The translations under genes were made by a program, and so were the position numbers. From NCBI GenBank assembly GCA_011390135.1, contig JAABSZ010000003.1, positions 470-64,469 on the forward strand: a stretch of 64,000 bases of DNA, read 5' to 3'. The notes under the pieces are model-generated. The model made no database searches, was not told the origin of the DNA, and saw only the letters and a list, made by a program, of their open reading frames with translations. This document shows, piece by piece, positions 43,435 through 52,786 of the stretch. Every line of letters starts with the position of its first letter. Within the stretch, counting starts at the first letter, position 1. Source of the stretch: Desulfobacteraceae bacterium (GTDB taxonomy: Bacteria > Desulfobacterota > Desulfobacteria > Desulfobacterales > JAABSP01).

Positions 43435-44267
43435 AATCATCCGAACAGAATCATCAGAAGATATCGATAGCGCCCTCTCCCTCTGATGCGCCGGTGCGGG
43501 TGGCCCTGGAGCATCGTCTGCGGAACTGCAGAGACTTCGTCACCCTCGGGGTCAGACCCAATTTCACCGATTATACCGAGGCCGAGGCAGAACTGATCCG
43601 CAGCGCGCCCAAGATCTACTACCCCTCGACCCACTATGCCGACATCTTCGATGCTATGGGGAAAATGACATTCCCCAGCTACCACACCTATAAATTCGCG
43701 CAGGACAAGATCAAGCAGACCGCTATCTTCGAGCTGGCCGACATTCCCCACCCTAAAACCCGGATCTTCTATGGAAAACGGTGGCGGGAGCGGGTGACGG
43801 AGTGGTTCGACTTTCCATTTATCGCGAAGATCCCCCGGGGATCGGCCCTTGGCCGGGGGGTCTTTCTCATCGAAAACCGGGAGGATCTGGAATCCTACTG
43901 CGACCGCTCTCCGGGCGCGGCCTATCTTCAGGAGTATCTGCCTTTGGACCGGGACATCCGGATCATGGTCATAGGCACGCGGGCCGTCCACGCCTACTGG
44001 CGGATCGCAAAGGAGGGAGAGTTCCGCACCAATATCGGGGCCGGGGGAAGAATCTCCCTGGAACCGGTTCCCGATGCCGCGATCCGATTGGCTCTGCATA
44101 CGGCATCGCGCTGCGGATGGAATGACGTGGGAATCGATATCTGCTGCTTTGAGGGGAACTATTATGTTCTGGAAGGGAACATGAAGTACGGCAAGGAGGG
44201 GCTTCGGGCCGCGGGCATCGACTATTTGAAACTCATGGAATCGCTCGCGGCCGGCGGGGAGATCTGA
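43431..44267 (+). CDS. ATP-grasp domain protein (RimK-like ligase)
   Basis: ATP-grasp-like blocks (FPFIAKIPRGSALGRGVFLI, YLQEYL, RIMVIG, NIGAGG). 4-nt overlap with the upstream gene. Confidence 0.7.
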   Translation: MKSSEQNHQKISIAPSPSDAPVRVALEHRLRNCRDFVTLGVRPNFTDYTEAEAELIRSAPKIYYPSTHYADIFDAMGKMTFPSYHTYKFAQDKIKQTAIFELADIPHPKTRIFYGKRWRERVTEWFDFPFIAKIPRGSALGRGVFLIENREDLESYCDRSPGAAYLQEYLPLDRDIRIMVIGTRAVHAYWRIAKEGEFRTNIGAGGRISLEPVPDAAIRLALHTASRCGWNDVGIDICCFEGNYYVLEGNMKYGKEGLRAAGIDYLKLMESLAAGGEI

Positions 44268-44269
44268 AG

Positions 44270-45445
44270 ATGATCTCCTTGAACCGGATCACCGACAGAC
44301 TCGACCGGGGGGAGAACCGGCGTCTCTCCCCCCGGGCCGCGCGCAGCCGGGATGCGGTCCGGCGCCGCCCCGAACACCGGTTTGAAACCGAATACCGGCA
44401 GCCCTTTTCGGCCGATGCGGACCGGATTCTCCACTCTCTCGCTTATACCCGCTATATCGACAAGACCCAGGTCTTTCCCCTCTCCGTTAATGATCACATC
44501 ACCCATCGGGCACTCCATGTCCAGCTCGTCTCCCGGATCGGCCGCACCGCGGGCCGCTTTCTGGGGCTCAACGAGGATCTCATCGAGGCCATCGCGCTGG
44601 GGCATGACATCGGCCATCCACCCTTTGGCCATGACGGGGAGGGATACCTCTCCGCGCTCTGCCGGAAGAGCGGCATCGGCCATTTCTACCACAGCGTCCA
44701 GAGCGTCCGGTTTCTGGACAGACTGGAGCGGAAGGGCCGGGGGTGGAACCTGACCCTCCAGACCCTGGACGGCATCCTCTGCCATGACGGGGAGATCCAC
44801 AACCAGCAACTGATCCCTAAGCTGAAAAAGACCTTTTCCGATCTGGACCGGGAGGCCCTGTCCAAAAGGGATGATCCGAAGACCCCCCTCATCCCCATGA
44901 CGCCGGAGGGGTGCGTGGTCCGGTTTGCCGATACCTTCGGCTATATCGGCAGAGACATCGAAGATGCCATCCGCCTGAAGATGATCGAACGGGAGGATCT
45001 GCCAAAAGATTGCACAGCGCTGCTGGGCAGGACCAACGGAACCATCGTCTATACCCTGGTGTCGGATCTCATCACCCAGAGTCTGGGAGAATCGGACGCA
45101 GAGCTTTCGGATTTCGAAGCCATCTCCCTGAGCCCCAAGATCTCAGATACACTGCAGCGATTGAAGCGCTTCAACTACGAGCGGATCTATCTCCATCCCA
45201 GGACAAAGCGCCACACCGACGCGATCCAAAAGCTCTATGCCATGCTATTTGAAAAATTTATGGAAGATCTTTCCCGCGAAAATCGAAAATCGGCCATATT
45301 CGGCTTTCTGTCGGGAATGACAGAGGATTATTCCCAAGCGCATTCCCATGCCGAGATGGTCCGGGATTTCATCGCGGGCATGACGGACCAGTTTTTCCTG
45401 CGCCAGTGTCCCGAATCGATGCGGCCCGTTCCGGAGGACCCCTGA
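44270..45445 (+). CDS. dGTPase-like HD-domain triphosphohydrolase
   Basis: FSADADRILHSLAYTRYIDKTQVF and HDIGHPPFGHDGE motifs. Confidence 0.85.
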   Translation: MISLNRITDRLDRGENRRLSPRAARSRDAVRRRPEHRFETEYRQPFSADADRILHSLAYTRYIDKTQVFPLSVNDHITHRALHVQLVSRIGRTAGRFLGLNEDLIEAIALGHDIGHPPFGHDGEGYLSALCRKSGIGHFYHSVQSVRFLDRLERKGRGWNLTLQTLDGILCHDGEIHNQQLIPKLKKTFSDLDREALSKRDDPKTPLIPMTPEGCVVRFADTFGYIGRDIEDAIRLKMIEREDLPKDCTALLGRTNGTIVYTLVSDLITQSLGESDAELSDFEAISLSPKISDTLQRLKRFNYERIYLHPRTKRHTDAIQKLYAMLFEKFMEDLSRENRKSAIFGFLSGMTEDYSQAHSHAEMVRDFIAGMTDQFFLRQCPESMRPVPEDP

Positions 45446-46185
45446 TAAAAGGAGAGGAGCGGACATATCGGTCATTGGTCAGGGAAGAGGGTCTCTTAGG
45501 ATTCCGGGTGGTGGTGCAGGAGACCGATCTGATGATCCATGCCAGCCACCGCCTCGACGCTCTTGCTTTAGAGCTTGTGCTGAAGTACCGGGGCCATATC
45601 GAGGGGTATATCGAAGACCATCCCGATTTTGCCCGTACTTTGACCCCCTGGCGGATCGAGGATTTTGCACCGGCCATTGTCCGGGAGATGATTCGGGCCG
45701 GGGAAAAGGCCGGCGTGGGTCCCATGGCCGCGGTGGCCGGGGCCGTCGCGGAATATGTGGGCCGGGGACTTTTGCAGGAGAGCGACACGGTGATCGTGGA
45801 AAACGGCGGGGACATCTTCATCCGAAAGAGCGGGCCTGTGACGGCTGCGATCTATGCCGGGGCATCGAAATTGAGCCTGAAAATCGGGGTTCGGGTCCAG
45901 GGTTCGGACGCGCCATTCGGCATCTGCACCTCTTCGGGAACCGTTGGCCACTCCCTGAGCCGGGGCCGTGCGGACGGCCTCTGTGTCGTCTCCCCCTCCT
46001 GCATATTGGCAGATGCTGTTGCAACGGCTGGGGCCAATCTGGTAAACTCGGCCGAAGAGATCGAAAGGGCGATCGCGTTTGGGCGACAGATTCCCGGTGT
46101 GACAGGGCTTGTTGGGGTCATCGGGGATCGGATCGGCGCCTGGGGAAATATCGAGCTTGTGCCCCTCTCGGTAAAAAAAGGTTGA
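45406..46185 (+). CDS. UPF0280 (ApbE-like) family protein
   Basis: ERTYRSLV...GFRVVVQETDL N-terminal pattern and TSSGTVGHSLS. The start is ambiguous: ATG 45406 overlaps dgt by 40 nt, and a TTG at about 45475 is possible. Confidence 0.65.
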   Translation: MSRIDAARSGGPLIKGEERTYRSLVREEGLLGFRVVVQETDLMIHASHRLDALALELVLKYRGHIEGYIEDHPDFARTLTPWRIEDFAPAIVREMIRAGEKAGVGPMAAVAGAVAEYVGRGLLQESDTVIVENGGDIFIRKSGPVTAAIYAGASKLSLKIGVRVQGSDAPFGICTSSGTVGHSLSRGRADGLCVVSPSCILADAVATAGANLVNSAEEIERAIAFGRQIPGVTGLVGVIGDRIGAWGNIELVPLSVKKG

Positions 46186-46268
46186 GTTTCGGCGATAAAA
46201 CGAGTAGGTTTGCCTAATTTAGGGGTGAATCGTGTGAAAAGCCAATTGAAAAAAGGGAGCTGGAACCC

Positions 46269-46751
46269 ATGAAGACCATGTGGGCACCGTGGCGGATCGA
46301 ATACATCCTCAAAGACAAGGAGGAGGGCTGCATCTTCTGCAATGCCCTGGAAGCGCCAAACGATGATCTGACCCTCTACAAGGGAAAACGGACTATGGCC
46401 GTGATGAACAAATATCCCTATATCAACGGCCATCTGCTGGTGGCTCCGAAGCGGCATCTCTCGTCCCTTCAGGAGTTGGAGAAAGAGGAGATGTCGGATC
46501 TGATGGCGCTGGTGGAGCGATCTGTCGCGATCATCAAGGAGGTCATGAACCCGGACGGCTTCAATGTGGGGCTCAACCTGGGGAAGGTGGCCGGTGCAGG
46601 GGTGGAGGAGCATCTCCATTTCCACATCGTGCCCCGATGGTTCGGGGATACCAATGCTCTGACCGTCTTTGCCGATGTCCGGGTGATCCCGGAGCATATC
46701 GATATTACCTGCCGCAACCTGGCGCCCCATTTCGCCAAATTGGATATCTAA
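46269..46751 (+). CDS. HIT-family protein
   Basis: Histidine triad HLHFHIVPR. Confidence 0.85.
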   Translation: MKTMWAPWRIEYILKDKEEGCIFCNALEAPNDDLTLYKGKRTMAVMNKYPYINGHLLVAPKRHLSSLQELEKEEMSDLMALVERSVAIIKEVMNPDGFNVGLNLGKVAGAGVEEHLHFHIVPRWFGDTNALTVFADVRVIPEHIDITCRNLAPHFAKLDI

Positions 46752-46779
46752 CCGATCGAAAAAAGGAGGAGGAGATTCT

Positions 46780-47238
46780 ATGAGCAAGCTCAAATTCAAG
46801 ATCGCGGTCTGGTCGGTGGTCGGCGTGCTGATCCTGCTGTTCTTTCTGCATAACCAGGGCTTTTTCATGACGAGAAACTCCTTTGACATCAATGTCATCG
46901 GAATCCCGTCGCTTTCCGAAGTCAGCCCGATGTTCAAGGAGTACAAAACCCCGGAGATCCCCAATGTACTGATCTTTCTGATCTTCTTTCTCTTCGGCGT
47001 TCTGGTCACCTATATGTTCTACCTCTTCGGCTGGATGCGCTCTAAACGGGCACTGAAACGGTTGAGCTGCGACTGCGAGAACATGACGCAGAAGATCGAG
47101 GAGCTGGAGATGGAGCTGGAGGCGGCCCAAAGATCGGGCCGGAGCGGCCCCATTCCCGTGGGCCCGGATATCAGCGAGGAGACCGAGCTGTCCGCACAGG
47201 AGGATAAGGCGGCAGATGATGCACTCCGACAGAAATAG
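46780..47238 (+). CDS. LapA-domain-like inner membrane protein with a C-terminal coiled coil
   Basis: Two TM helices, then KIEELEMELEAAQ. RBS AAAGGAGGAGG upstream. Confidence 0.55.
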   Translation: MSKLKFKIAVWSVVGVLILLFFLHNQGFFMTRNSFDINVIGIPSLSEVSPMFKEYKTPEIPNVLIFLIFFLFGVLVTYMFYLFGWMRSKRALKRLSCDCENMTQKIEELEMELEAAQRSGRSGPIPVGPDISEETELSAQEDKAADDALRQK

Positions 47239-47253
47239 GCGCTCTTTTTGCTG

Positions 47254-49920
47254 ATGGGTTCCGCCGGAACCACCCCCATGATGCAGCAGTACCTCTCCAT
47301 CAAGGAGCGGTACCCGGACGCGATCCTCTTCTACCGCATGGGGGACTTCTATGAGATGTTCTTAGAGGATGCGGAGGTGGCCGCAAAGATTTTGGAGATC
47401 ACCCTCACCTCGAGGAGCAAGAAGAGCGACGGCGAGACCCCGATCCCGATGTGCGGTGTTCCGGTGCGCGCGGCCCAGGGGTATATCGCACGGATGATTT
47501 CGGCCGGAAAGAAGGTCGCGATCTGCGAGCAGACCCAGGACCCGGCATCGGCAAAGGGGCTGGTGGAGCGGGAGGTGGTCCGGGTGATCACCCCCGGGAT
47601 GATCATCGAGGATGCCTTTTTAGACGAGAAGTCGAACAACTACATTCTGGCTGCAGCCGCAGCCGGCGGGATTGCGGGAATTGCCTGGCTCGACATCTCC
47701 ACCGGAGATTTCCGGGTCACGGAGTCCAAGGCCGGGGCCGCGCTGGCCGAGGAAGTCCTGCGGATCGGGCCCAGCGAGGTACTCCTGCCCCAAGCTTTTG
47801 AAGCGCCCAACGACTCCCCGGAAAAGGCTTTGGATCTGCTCCCTCTGATCCGGGCTCTGAAGCGCTGCCCCGGTAATGTGCTGGAGGATAGTTTCTTTGA
47901 ATATCGAACCTGCTATGAACGGCTCATCGAGCAGTTTGCCACCCTCTCTCTGGAAGGGTTCGGCTGCGAGGAGATGCGCGCGGGAATCTGTGCAGCGGGC
48001 GCGCTCCTCGGCTATGTCCGGGAGACCCAGAAGGATGCTGCAGCCCCCTTCACCCGGATCCGTCCCTACAGTTTAAACCAGTACCTGCTGATCGACGAGA
48101 TCTCGGCCCGGAATTTGGAGCTGATTGAAAATCTCCGGGCCGGCCCGGGCCGGGGATCGGCAAAGGGAACACTGCTTTCGGTGCTGGACAAGACCGTCAC
48201 CGCGATGGGCAGCCGGATGCTCAAGAGCTGGCTCCGGTATCCGCTGAACCGGGTCCGGGGGATTCGGGAGCGGCTGGAGGCCGTGGCCCAGGCAAAGGAG
48301 AACCCCGCCCTCCGCCGGGATCTCCGAACCCGGCTCGATTCTGTCTATGATCTGGAGCGGATCGGAACCAAGGTGGTGATGGGCCGCTGCTGCGGAAGGG
48401 ACATGGTGGCGCTGAAACGCTCCCTTTACGCCCTTCCCGGGATCGCGGAGGCCATCTCCTCCGGATTCACGGCCCCGCTCTATCGATGGGGCGAAGATCT
48501 TTCAACCCTCAGGGAACTGGCCGACCGTCTCGATGGGGCCATCCGTGAGGATGCTCCGCTGACGATCAACGAGGGGGGGATCATCAAATCCGGATACAAT
48601 GAGGAACTGGACGAGCTGATCCGCATCAGCAGCGACGGCAAAGGGTATATCGCGCGGATGGAGAGCCGGGAGCGGGAGCGGACCGGTATCAACACCCTGA
48701 AGATCCGTTACAACAAGGTCTTCGGCTATTTCATCGAGATCTCCAAAGGCCGCTCGGACCAAGCCCCGGACCATTATATCCGGAAACAGACCCTGACCAA
48801 TGCCGAGCGGTTCATCACGGACGAGCTGAAGGATTTCGAGACCAAAGTCCTGCGGGCCGAAGAGGAGCGGGCCTCGCTGGAATTCCGGCTCTTCGACGAT
48901 ATCCGGAAGGCCGCGGCCCAATGCAACCCCGCTATACAGGCCGCGGCCCGATTTCTGGCCGGCCTCGATTGTCTGCTGACCCTGGCCGAGACGGCCGACC
49001 TGAACCGCTATGTCCGTCCCACGATCAATACGGACGGAGAACTCCTGCTGGAGGAGGCCCGCCATCCGGTGATCGAGAAGATGACGGCCGGGGAGCGGTT
49101 CGTCCCCAACAGCCTGAGGATGGATGACCATGACCATCAGATCCTGATCATCACCGGCCCCAATATGGCCGGAAAATCGACAGTACTCCGCCAGGCCGCG
49201 CTGGTCGTTCTCATGGCCCACATGGGATCATTTGTCCCGGCCAAGAGCGCATCGGTCTCCCTGACAGACCGGATCTTCACCCGGGTCGGAGCCCTGGACA
49301 ACCTCTCCGGGGGCCAGAGCACCTTCATGGTGGAGATGCAGGAGACCGCCAACATTTTAAACAACGCCACCCCCAAAAGCCTGGTGATCTTAGATGAGAT
49401 CGGCCGGGGGACCAGCACCTTCGACGGCCTCTCCATCGCGTGGGCCGTGGCCGAGTACCTGCACGATCTCAAAAACCGCGGCGTCAAGACCCTCTTTGCC
49501 ACCCACTATCATGAGCTGACCGCGCTGGAGGGCATCCTTTCGAGGGTCAAAAACTACAACATCGCGGTCAAGGAGTGGAGAGACGAGATCATCTTTCTGC
49601 GGCGCCTCGTGCCCGGGGGAACCAACCGGAGCTACGGCATTCAGGTGGCCCGGCTGGCCGGCATTCCGGACCGGGTGATCCAGACCGCGAAATCGGTGCT
49701 GGAGAAGATCGAAGCCGGAAACAACGGAAATCCCCATACCGGAGACCGGATTGCAGAGGCGCCCCCTGAAGAGGCCCCGGTGCAGCTCGATCTCTTTGAC
49801 GCCCCTGCAAGACGGATTATCGAGGATCTGCAGGGATTGGATCTCTCAAGAATGACCCCTCTGGACGCGCTCAACCGGCTCCATGAACTCCAGCGGCGGA
49901 CCAAGGGGTGGATCAATTGA
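47254..49920 (+). CDS. mutS: DNA mismatch repair protein MutS
   Basis: TPMMQQYL N-terminus, Walker A GPNMAGKST, DEIGRGTST, HYHEL. ATG 47254 preferred over the TTG at 47248. Confidence 0.95.
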   Translation: MGSAGTTPMMQQYLSIKERYPDAILFYRMGDFYEMFLEDAEVAAKILEITLTSRSKKSDGETPIPMCGVPVRAAQGYIARMISAGKKVAICEQTQDPASAKGLVEREVVRVITPGMIIEDAFLDEKSNNYILAAAAAGGIAGIAWLDISTGDFRVTESKAGAALAEEVLRIGPSEVLLPQAFEAPNDSPEKALDLLPLIRALKRCPGNVLEDSFFEYRTCYERLIEQFATLSLEGFGCEEMRAGICAAGALLGYVRETQKDAAAPFTRIRPYSLNQYLLIDEISARNLELIENLRAGPGRGSAKGTLLSVLDKTVTAMGSRMLKSWLRYPLNRVRGIRERLEAVAQAKENPALRRDLRTRLDSVYDLERIGTKVVMGRCCGRDMVALKRSLYALPGIAEAISSGFTAPLYRWGEDLSTLRELADRLDGAIREDAPLTINEGGIIKSGYNEELDELIRISSDGKGYIARMESRERERTGINTLKIRYNKVFGYFIEISKGRSDQAPDHYIRKQTLTNAERFITDELKDFETKVLRAEEERASLEFRLFDDIRKAAAQCNPAIQAAARFLAGLDCLLTLAETADLNRYVRPTINTDGELLLEEARHPVIEKMTAGERFVPNSLRMDDHDHQILIITGPNMAGKSTVLRQAALVVLMAHMGSFVPAKSASVSLTDRIFTRVGALDNLSGGQSTFMVEMQETANILNNATPKSLVILDEIGRGTSTFDGLSIAWAVAEYLHDLKNRGVKTLFATHYHELTALEGILSRVKNYNIAVKEWRDEIIFLRRLVPGGTNRSYGIQVARLAGIPDRVIQTAKSVLEKIEAGNNGNPHTGDRIAEAPPEEAPVQLDLFDAPARRIIEDLQGLDLSRMTPLDALNRLHELQRRTKGWIN

Positions 49921-49921
49921 T

Positions 49922-51796
49922 ATGAAGAACGAATATTTTCAAACGATTCTTTTTGCGGCGCTGATCTTTGTTCTTCTTCTGCCGGCATCCGATGCCCTGG
50001 CCGTTACGGCCGAGGAGAAGTTCTTCAAGGCCGATGTCTGCCAAAAAAAGTTCATGGAAGATGAAGAGGGGCTCAAATACCGGGACAACTGGTTCCCCTG
50101 CATCCGGATGTTTCAGGAGGCCTACCGGCTGCAGCCTACGGGGAAATATGCACCGGCCAGCCTCTTTCGAACGGGCCAGCTCTACCACCAGCTCTATCTC
50201 CGCTCCTTTCTGGGGGCCGACCGGCAGGAGGCGCTCGACTATTACCAGCGGGCGGTGAAGCGGTTTCCGGGCAGCGCGTACACCCCCCGGGCTCAAAAGG
50301 GAATCGAAGAGCTGGGAGGCAAGGCTGAAGCCGCCTCGGCCCCTTCGAAATCCGAATCGACCCGGATCAAACGGGTAAAGGTGGAAAAGGAACTTTCTGA
50401 TCCCGAAAAGGAGACGGCCAAGATCCCCCACAAAAGCCGGGACAAAGCTGTTGCCGAAGCCAAAGCCCGATACCGGAGCCGGGGAAAGAGAGTTGTGACG
50501 CCGGCTCCCCCAAAGAAATCGGCCCCTCCTGCCCCGGCCCATACACCATCGGGATCATATGCCGCGGATTCCGCTTCCCCTTCGAACAGCATCACCGTCA
50601 CCGGACTGCGGGTCTGGTCCAACCCAAAGTACACCCGCGTGGTGGTGGATGCCGATGCCGAGACCGGATACCGGTACCGCTTTCTCAATGAAGATCCGAG
50701 CAATGACAAGCCCCAGCGCCTATATATCGACTTCAATAACGCGCTGCTGGGAGAGGATATCCGCAAGATCATCCCCATCAATGACGACCTGCTGATGGAT
50801 GCCCGCGCGGGCCAGTTCACCAAGGATTCGGTCCGGGTGGTGGTGGATATCAAGTCTTTTAAAAATTACAAAATCTTTTCGTTGAGAAACCCCTTCCGGA
50901 CCATCATCGATGTCTGGGGCAGGGATGCCAATGCCGCACAATCGCCGCCCCTGGTCGCCAGTTCCGATTCTCCCCCGCTGCCGAATCCGCCGCCGACCCC
51001 GTCTCCGGGACAAATATTGACCACGCCGCCGCCCAAGGAGGAAAGGATCACCCCCCATGATCTGGCGCGCCAGTTCGGTCTCGGGGTGAAGCGGATCGTC
51101 ATCGATCCGGGCCACGGGGGCCGGGACGGCGGCGCTGTGGGCTACCGGAAAAATGTCTTGGAAAAGGATATCACCCTCTCCCTTGCCCGGCGTCTGGCCG
51201 CAAAGATCCGGGCCCGTCTGGGATGCGAGGTGATCCTGACCCGGGATACTGACCGGTATGTGGCCCTCGAGGAGCGGACCGCGATCGCCAACACCCAGAA
51301 TGCCGATCTTTTCATCTCCATTCACACCAACGCGCATCGGGACCGGAACGCCTACGGCATAGAGACCTATTTTTTAAATCTGGCCACGGACGAGGACGCG
51401 ATGCGGGTGGCCCAGCGGGAGAATGCCGTCTCCAGAAAGAACATCAGCGATCTCCAGGCCATCCTGAACGACCTGCTCCAGAACGCGAAGATCAACGAAT
51501 CGAGCCGACTGGCAGCGCACATCCAGAAGACCATGATCCAGGATCTGAAAGGCCGGTACAGCAACATCAACGACAAAGGCGTGAAGCAGGCCCCCTTCTA
51601 TGTGCTAATCGGCGCACAGATGCCTGCCGTCCTGGTGGAGACCTCTTTCATCAGCAACCGCCGGGAGTGCGGCCGCCTGACCGACGGCGCGTATCAGGAC
51701 CACCTTAGCGAAGCCATCCTCAAGGGCATCCGGGATTATATCATCGAGACCAACCCCACCGCCTTCACCGGAAGACAGTTGGGCATCGGCGGCTGA
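49922..51796 (+). CDS. N-acetylmuramoyl-L-alanine amidase (AmiC-like) with N-terminal helical-repeat region and AMIN domain
   Basis: Signal/TM, AMIN-like ITVTGLRVWSNPKYTRVVVD and amidase_3 core IVIDPGHGGRDGGA...SIHTNA. ATG 49922 overlaps the mutS stop region. Confidence 0.9.
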   Translation: MKNEYFQTILFAALIFVLLLPASDALAVTAEEKFFKADVCQKKFMEDEEGLKYRDNWFPCIRMFQEAYRLQPTGKYAPASLFRTGQLYHQLYLRSFLGADRQEALDYYQRAVKRFPGSAYTPRAQKGIEELGGKAEAASAPSKSESTRIKRVKVEKELSDPEKETAKIPHKSRDKAVAEAKARYRSRGKRVVTPAPPKKSAPPAPAHTPSGSYAADSASPSNSITVTGLRVWSNPKYTRVVVDADAETGYRYRFLNEDPSNDKPQRLYIDFNNALLGEDIRKIIPINDDLLMDARAGQFTKDSVRVVVDIKSFKNYKIFSLRNPFRTIIDVWGRDANAAQSPPLVASSDSPPLPNPPPTPSPGQILTTPPPKEERITPHDLARQFGLGVKRIVIDPGHGGRDGGAVGYRKNVLEKDITLSLARRLAAKIRARLGCEVILTRDTDRYVALEERTAIANTQNADLFISIHTNAHRDRNAYGIETYFLNLATDEDAMRVAQRENAVSRKNISDLQAILNDLLQNAKINESSRLAAHIQKTMIQDLKGRYSNINDKGVKQAPFYVLIGAQMPAVLVETSFISNRRECGRLTDGAYQDHLSEAILKGIRDYIIETNPTAFTGRQLGIGG

Positions 51797-51817
51797 TCCC
51801 CCTGATAGAAGCCGGAT

Positions 51818-51850
51818 AAACCCCGGCCAAACCCCGGCCAAACCCCGGCC
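51818..51850 (+). repeat. 11-nt tandem repeat AAACCCCGGCC x3
   Basis: Three exact copies at 51818, 51829 and 51840, plus a degenerate fourth. Confidence 0.9.
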
Positions 51851-51884
51851 AAACCCCCGGACAACCCCCCTCCTTTTTTTCGAA

Positions 51885-51928
51885 GTCCTTTTGTCCCTTA
51901 TGTCCTTTAAGTCCTTTTTGTCCCTTGG
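51885..51928 (+). repeat. 9-bp periodic GTCCTTTNN motif block (locus 3 of 3)
   Basis: gtcctttt gtcccttat gtcctttaa gtccttttt gtcccttgg. Lies between convergent 3' ends. Confidence 0.8.
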
Positions 51929-51975
51929 CCATCCCGATAACCACTCATCTCCCCCCCCTTCACCCCCCTCCCCAC

Positions 51976-52024
51976 AAAAAAAATCCCCCGCACACACACC
52001 CATCCGGGGCGGTGTACAGGGGAT
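51976..52024 (-). terminator. rho-independent terminator of the small membrane protein gene
   Basis: On the minus strand: AUCCCCUGUACAC...GUGUGUGCGGGGGAU hairpin followed by U8 (51976-51983). Confidence 0.55.
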
Positions 52025-52059
52025 CTTCTATTGTCGGGAAAGACCTGAGGCGTATCTAT

Positions 52060-52344
52060 CTAGGACTTCTTCAGGGTTTCGATCTCTTTTTTCAGATCCT
52101 GGATCTCGGCCTTGTATTTCTCCACATCATCGGTCTCGGCCCCAGTCGAAGAGGGCTCTGTGGACTCACCTTTCTTCCAGGTATCCTTGAGTTCGTCAAA
52201 TCCCAGATAAAGGGCTAGGCCGCCACCGAGCAGAAGCATGATCGGGATCGCACCGGCCAATAGCTGCAAGAACGGCTTCCACCACACCGACAAACCAATT
52301 AGACCCAAAACTGCCGCTACTGCCCCTCCAATCAAAGTTTTCAT
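52060..52344 (-). CDS. small two-TM membrane protein with an acidic/coiled C-terminus
   Basis: 94 aa, RBS AGGAGG, own terminator. No family recognised. Confidence 0.55.
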   Translation of the reverse strand: MKTLIGGAVAAVLGLIGLSVWWKPFLQLLAGAIPIMLLLGGGLALYLGFDELKDTWKKGESTEPSSTGAETDDVEKYKAEIQDLKKEIETLKKS

Positions 52345-52786
52345 AGAAAATCTTCCTCCTTTAAACTGAATTAATTCCCTTTTCCCTTTGGATCATACCC
52401 GATTATCCAATACATTACCAAAACTTTTTTTGCCGATCACCATTTTCTTTTTGCTCTGTCTTAGTCTTCCCTGCATTAGTCTTCCCTTTCTTCCCTGTCT
52501 TCGTCTTCTCTTCCTGCCGATGATCGACAATGATCTAACGATTATAGATTATTAGCAGATAACACAAGAAATCCGGGAGTGCAAGCTTATTTTTCTTCTC
52601 CTGGCCCCGAACCCGGATAGGGAATGGCTATCTTCTTAAAAACGCAATGATTTCTTGAGATGAATGGAGAAGTGTAAATAAAATATTGCAAGGGAAAAGG
52701 GATTCTGATAGCGTCTATCCTTTTAGATGGATCATCCGCTTAGACGGATCATCCGCCGAACGATTACAGGAAATGGAATAGACGCG

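Noticed and set aside
45852-47009. 385-aa minus-strand ORF
   Set aside because: It is antisense to the UPF0280, HIT and LapA-like genes and has no motif.
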